Source: Callorhinchus milii
Taxonomy: Eukaryota
Assembly (NCBI RefSeq): GCF_018977255.1
Contig: NW_024704765.1
Span: 9,300,001-9,364,000 of the forward strand
Direction of reading: 5' to 3'
Length of the DNA stretch: 64,000 nucleotides
The notes under the pieces were generated by a model that worked only from the letters and a program-made list of their open reading frames with translations, searched no databases and was not told the DNA's origin. Shown one piece after another: positions 62,504 to 64,000 of the stretch; the stretch's first letter is position 1; the number at the start of each line of letters is the position of its first letter. A program made the translations under genes and the position numbers.

Positions 62504-64000
62504 TGTGCAGTTGTGTGTGTGTGTTTGTGGGGTGGGGGAATTAATAAAAAAAAATCCACATCACTTGTCGCTTGAGAGAGACATTGAAGCAAAAATTATT
62601 ACAAGGAACTTCTTCAAGCTCCTATTTCGTGGTTCTCATCAAAGGAAAGTTGCTTTACTGTAAATCTTCGCCAACACCAAATGATTCCCTTTCTGGCGGC
62701 ACAGGAGGATTAATTGCGTTGGAAGATTTGCCAATAATAGCAACGCGCTACGTCTCTTAATTTAGGGGTTTTGCCACACACACTTTTTTAACCAGGCTGT
62801 GCACTCAGTGGCCAGCTATGTGCTTTCAGCTGGTTAAACCACACACACACATCCCTAACGCACACTCTGGGGTCCCGCAAGCCATGGCTCCTTCCAGTCT
62901 GTGCCTAATGCGCTACGGAATTAGGTAGGCAGTGTGCGTCCCTCTGGGGAGAGAGAGAGAGAGAGCGTGCATTCTATTTCCAGACCCACGCAAGGAGGAC
63001 TTGCAGCAAATTAGAACAAATTAGACCGATTTCTGTTAGAAAATACCATCTGGGGATACAGTACATAGTTTGGGATACGACATATGTGCAAGCGACTGCC
63101 TGGAGGGTGGAAGGCAAACTGGATAGACCTTGCTCTTCATCCTTCCAGCAGATTCTTACGCTCTTATCGCCGTGCTCGAGAGTCGAGGGGAAGGTTACCG
63201 GGTAAATTCAGTGTCGAACTGGTTAATTCCGTTCCAGCGTGTTTGTTTATGCAGCGTTGGGCAAATCTCCTGTGAGATACCTGTCACACATCGCTTAACG
63301 TGTGGTGTTTTGATGTGGGTTTTCTTTGAAACTCAATAGACAGTGCTGCAGTTTTCCCGAGTTAGTCATGACAAGGGTGAGAGATGAGAACCCGCCTCCG
63401 ATGACTCAGTCTGGTACTTGAGCCGCAGGCGAGACAGTTGGTTTATCTCCTCATTGAAGGATAGCATCTCCAACAATCAGCTCAACCACCCACCCACCCA
63501 CCACACTGCGCTCGAGTGTCAGCTTAGACGTTAATTAGTTCCAGGTCGCCATGTGAAAGGCACTGTGTGTGTGTGTGTGCACGCGTGTGTGTGTGCGTGA
63601 TTAATGCACTGCGCCAGGAAACTACAGACCTGTCTTGTGTTGAGATTATTTTTAAAAGCCAGGTTTGTGTTCTAGAGCTGAAACCACTACAAAAAGTGAA
63701 CGCAACAGTAATTAGCAGGTGACCCTCCCTCCCTCCTTCCCTCCTCATTGTCGAGGATCCCGATAGTTTATTCATGAGAAATAACAGCTTGGGATCTTGG
63801 ATTCTCCCCCCAGTTTGCAGCTGAGATTTGTCGGGTTGGTGGGAAGGGGAGAGGGGGCAAACGGTGTTGGGTTGTAAAGCTCAGGTAACTTTGGTGGTAT
63901 TAAGTTCCTGAAAATTTCAGACTTATAATGTCTCTCTTTCCCACCCACCCCCACACACACAAACTGTCCAACTGGCACCACTCAGCTGATGGTGTTGAAA

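Overview
This is vertebrate genomic DNA, most likely a cartilaginous fish of the chimaera/elephant-shark type, judged from the tRNA/Deu-domain SINEs, CR1/L2 LINE relics and a dogfish-like urotensin II. It has three N-gaps. Six spliced protein-coding genes were rebuilt by hand with consistent splice phases. In order: ZBTB48/TZAP (-, runs off the left edge); an osteocrin/musclin-like secreted hormone gene (+, 128 aa); UTS2 prepro-urotensin II (-, 140 aa); a CCDC50-like gene (+, 380 aa, ending in CKQQ); a TNFRSF9/4-1BB-like receptor (-, signal-peptide exon not found); and TMEM201/Samp1 (+, runs off the right edge). The main finding is that OSTN-like(+)/UTS2(-)/CCDC50-like(+) copies the human 3q28 OSTN/UTS2B/CCDC50 arrangement, yet it sits among human 1p36 genes. 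This points to a second osteocrin gene and a second CCDC50 retained from whole-genome duplication. The UII precursor also carries RKC where the RKR cleavage site is expected.
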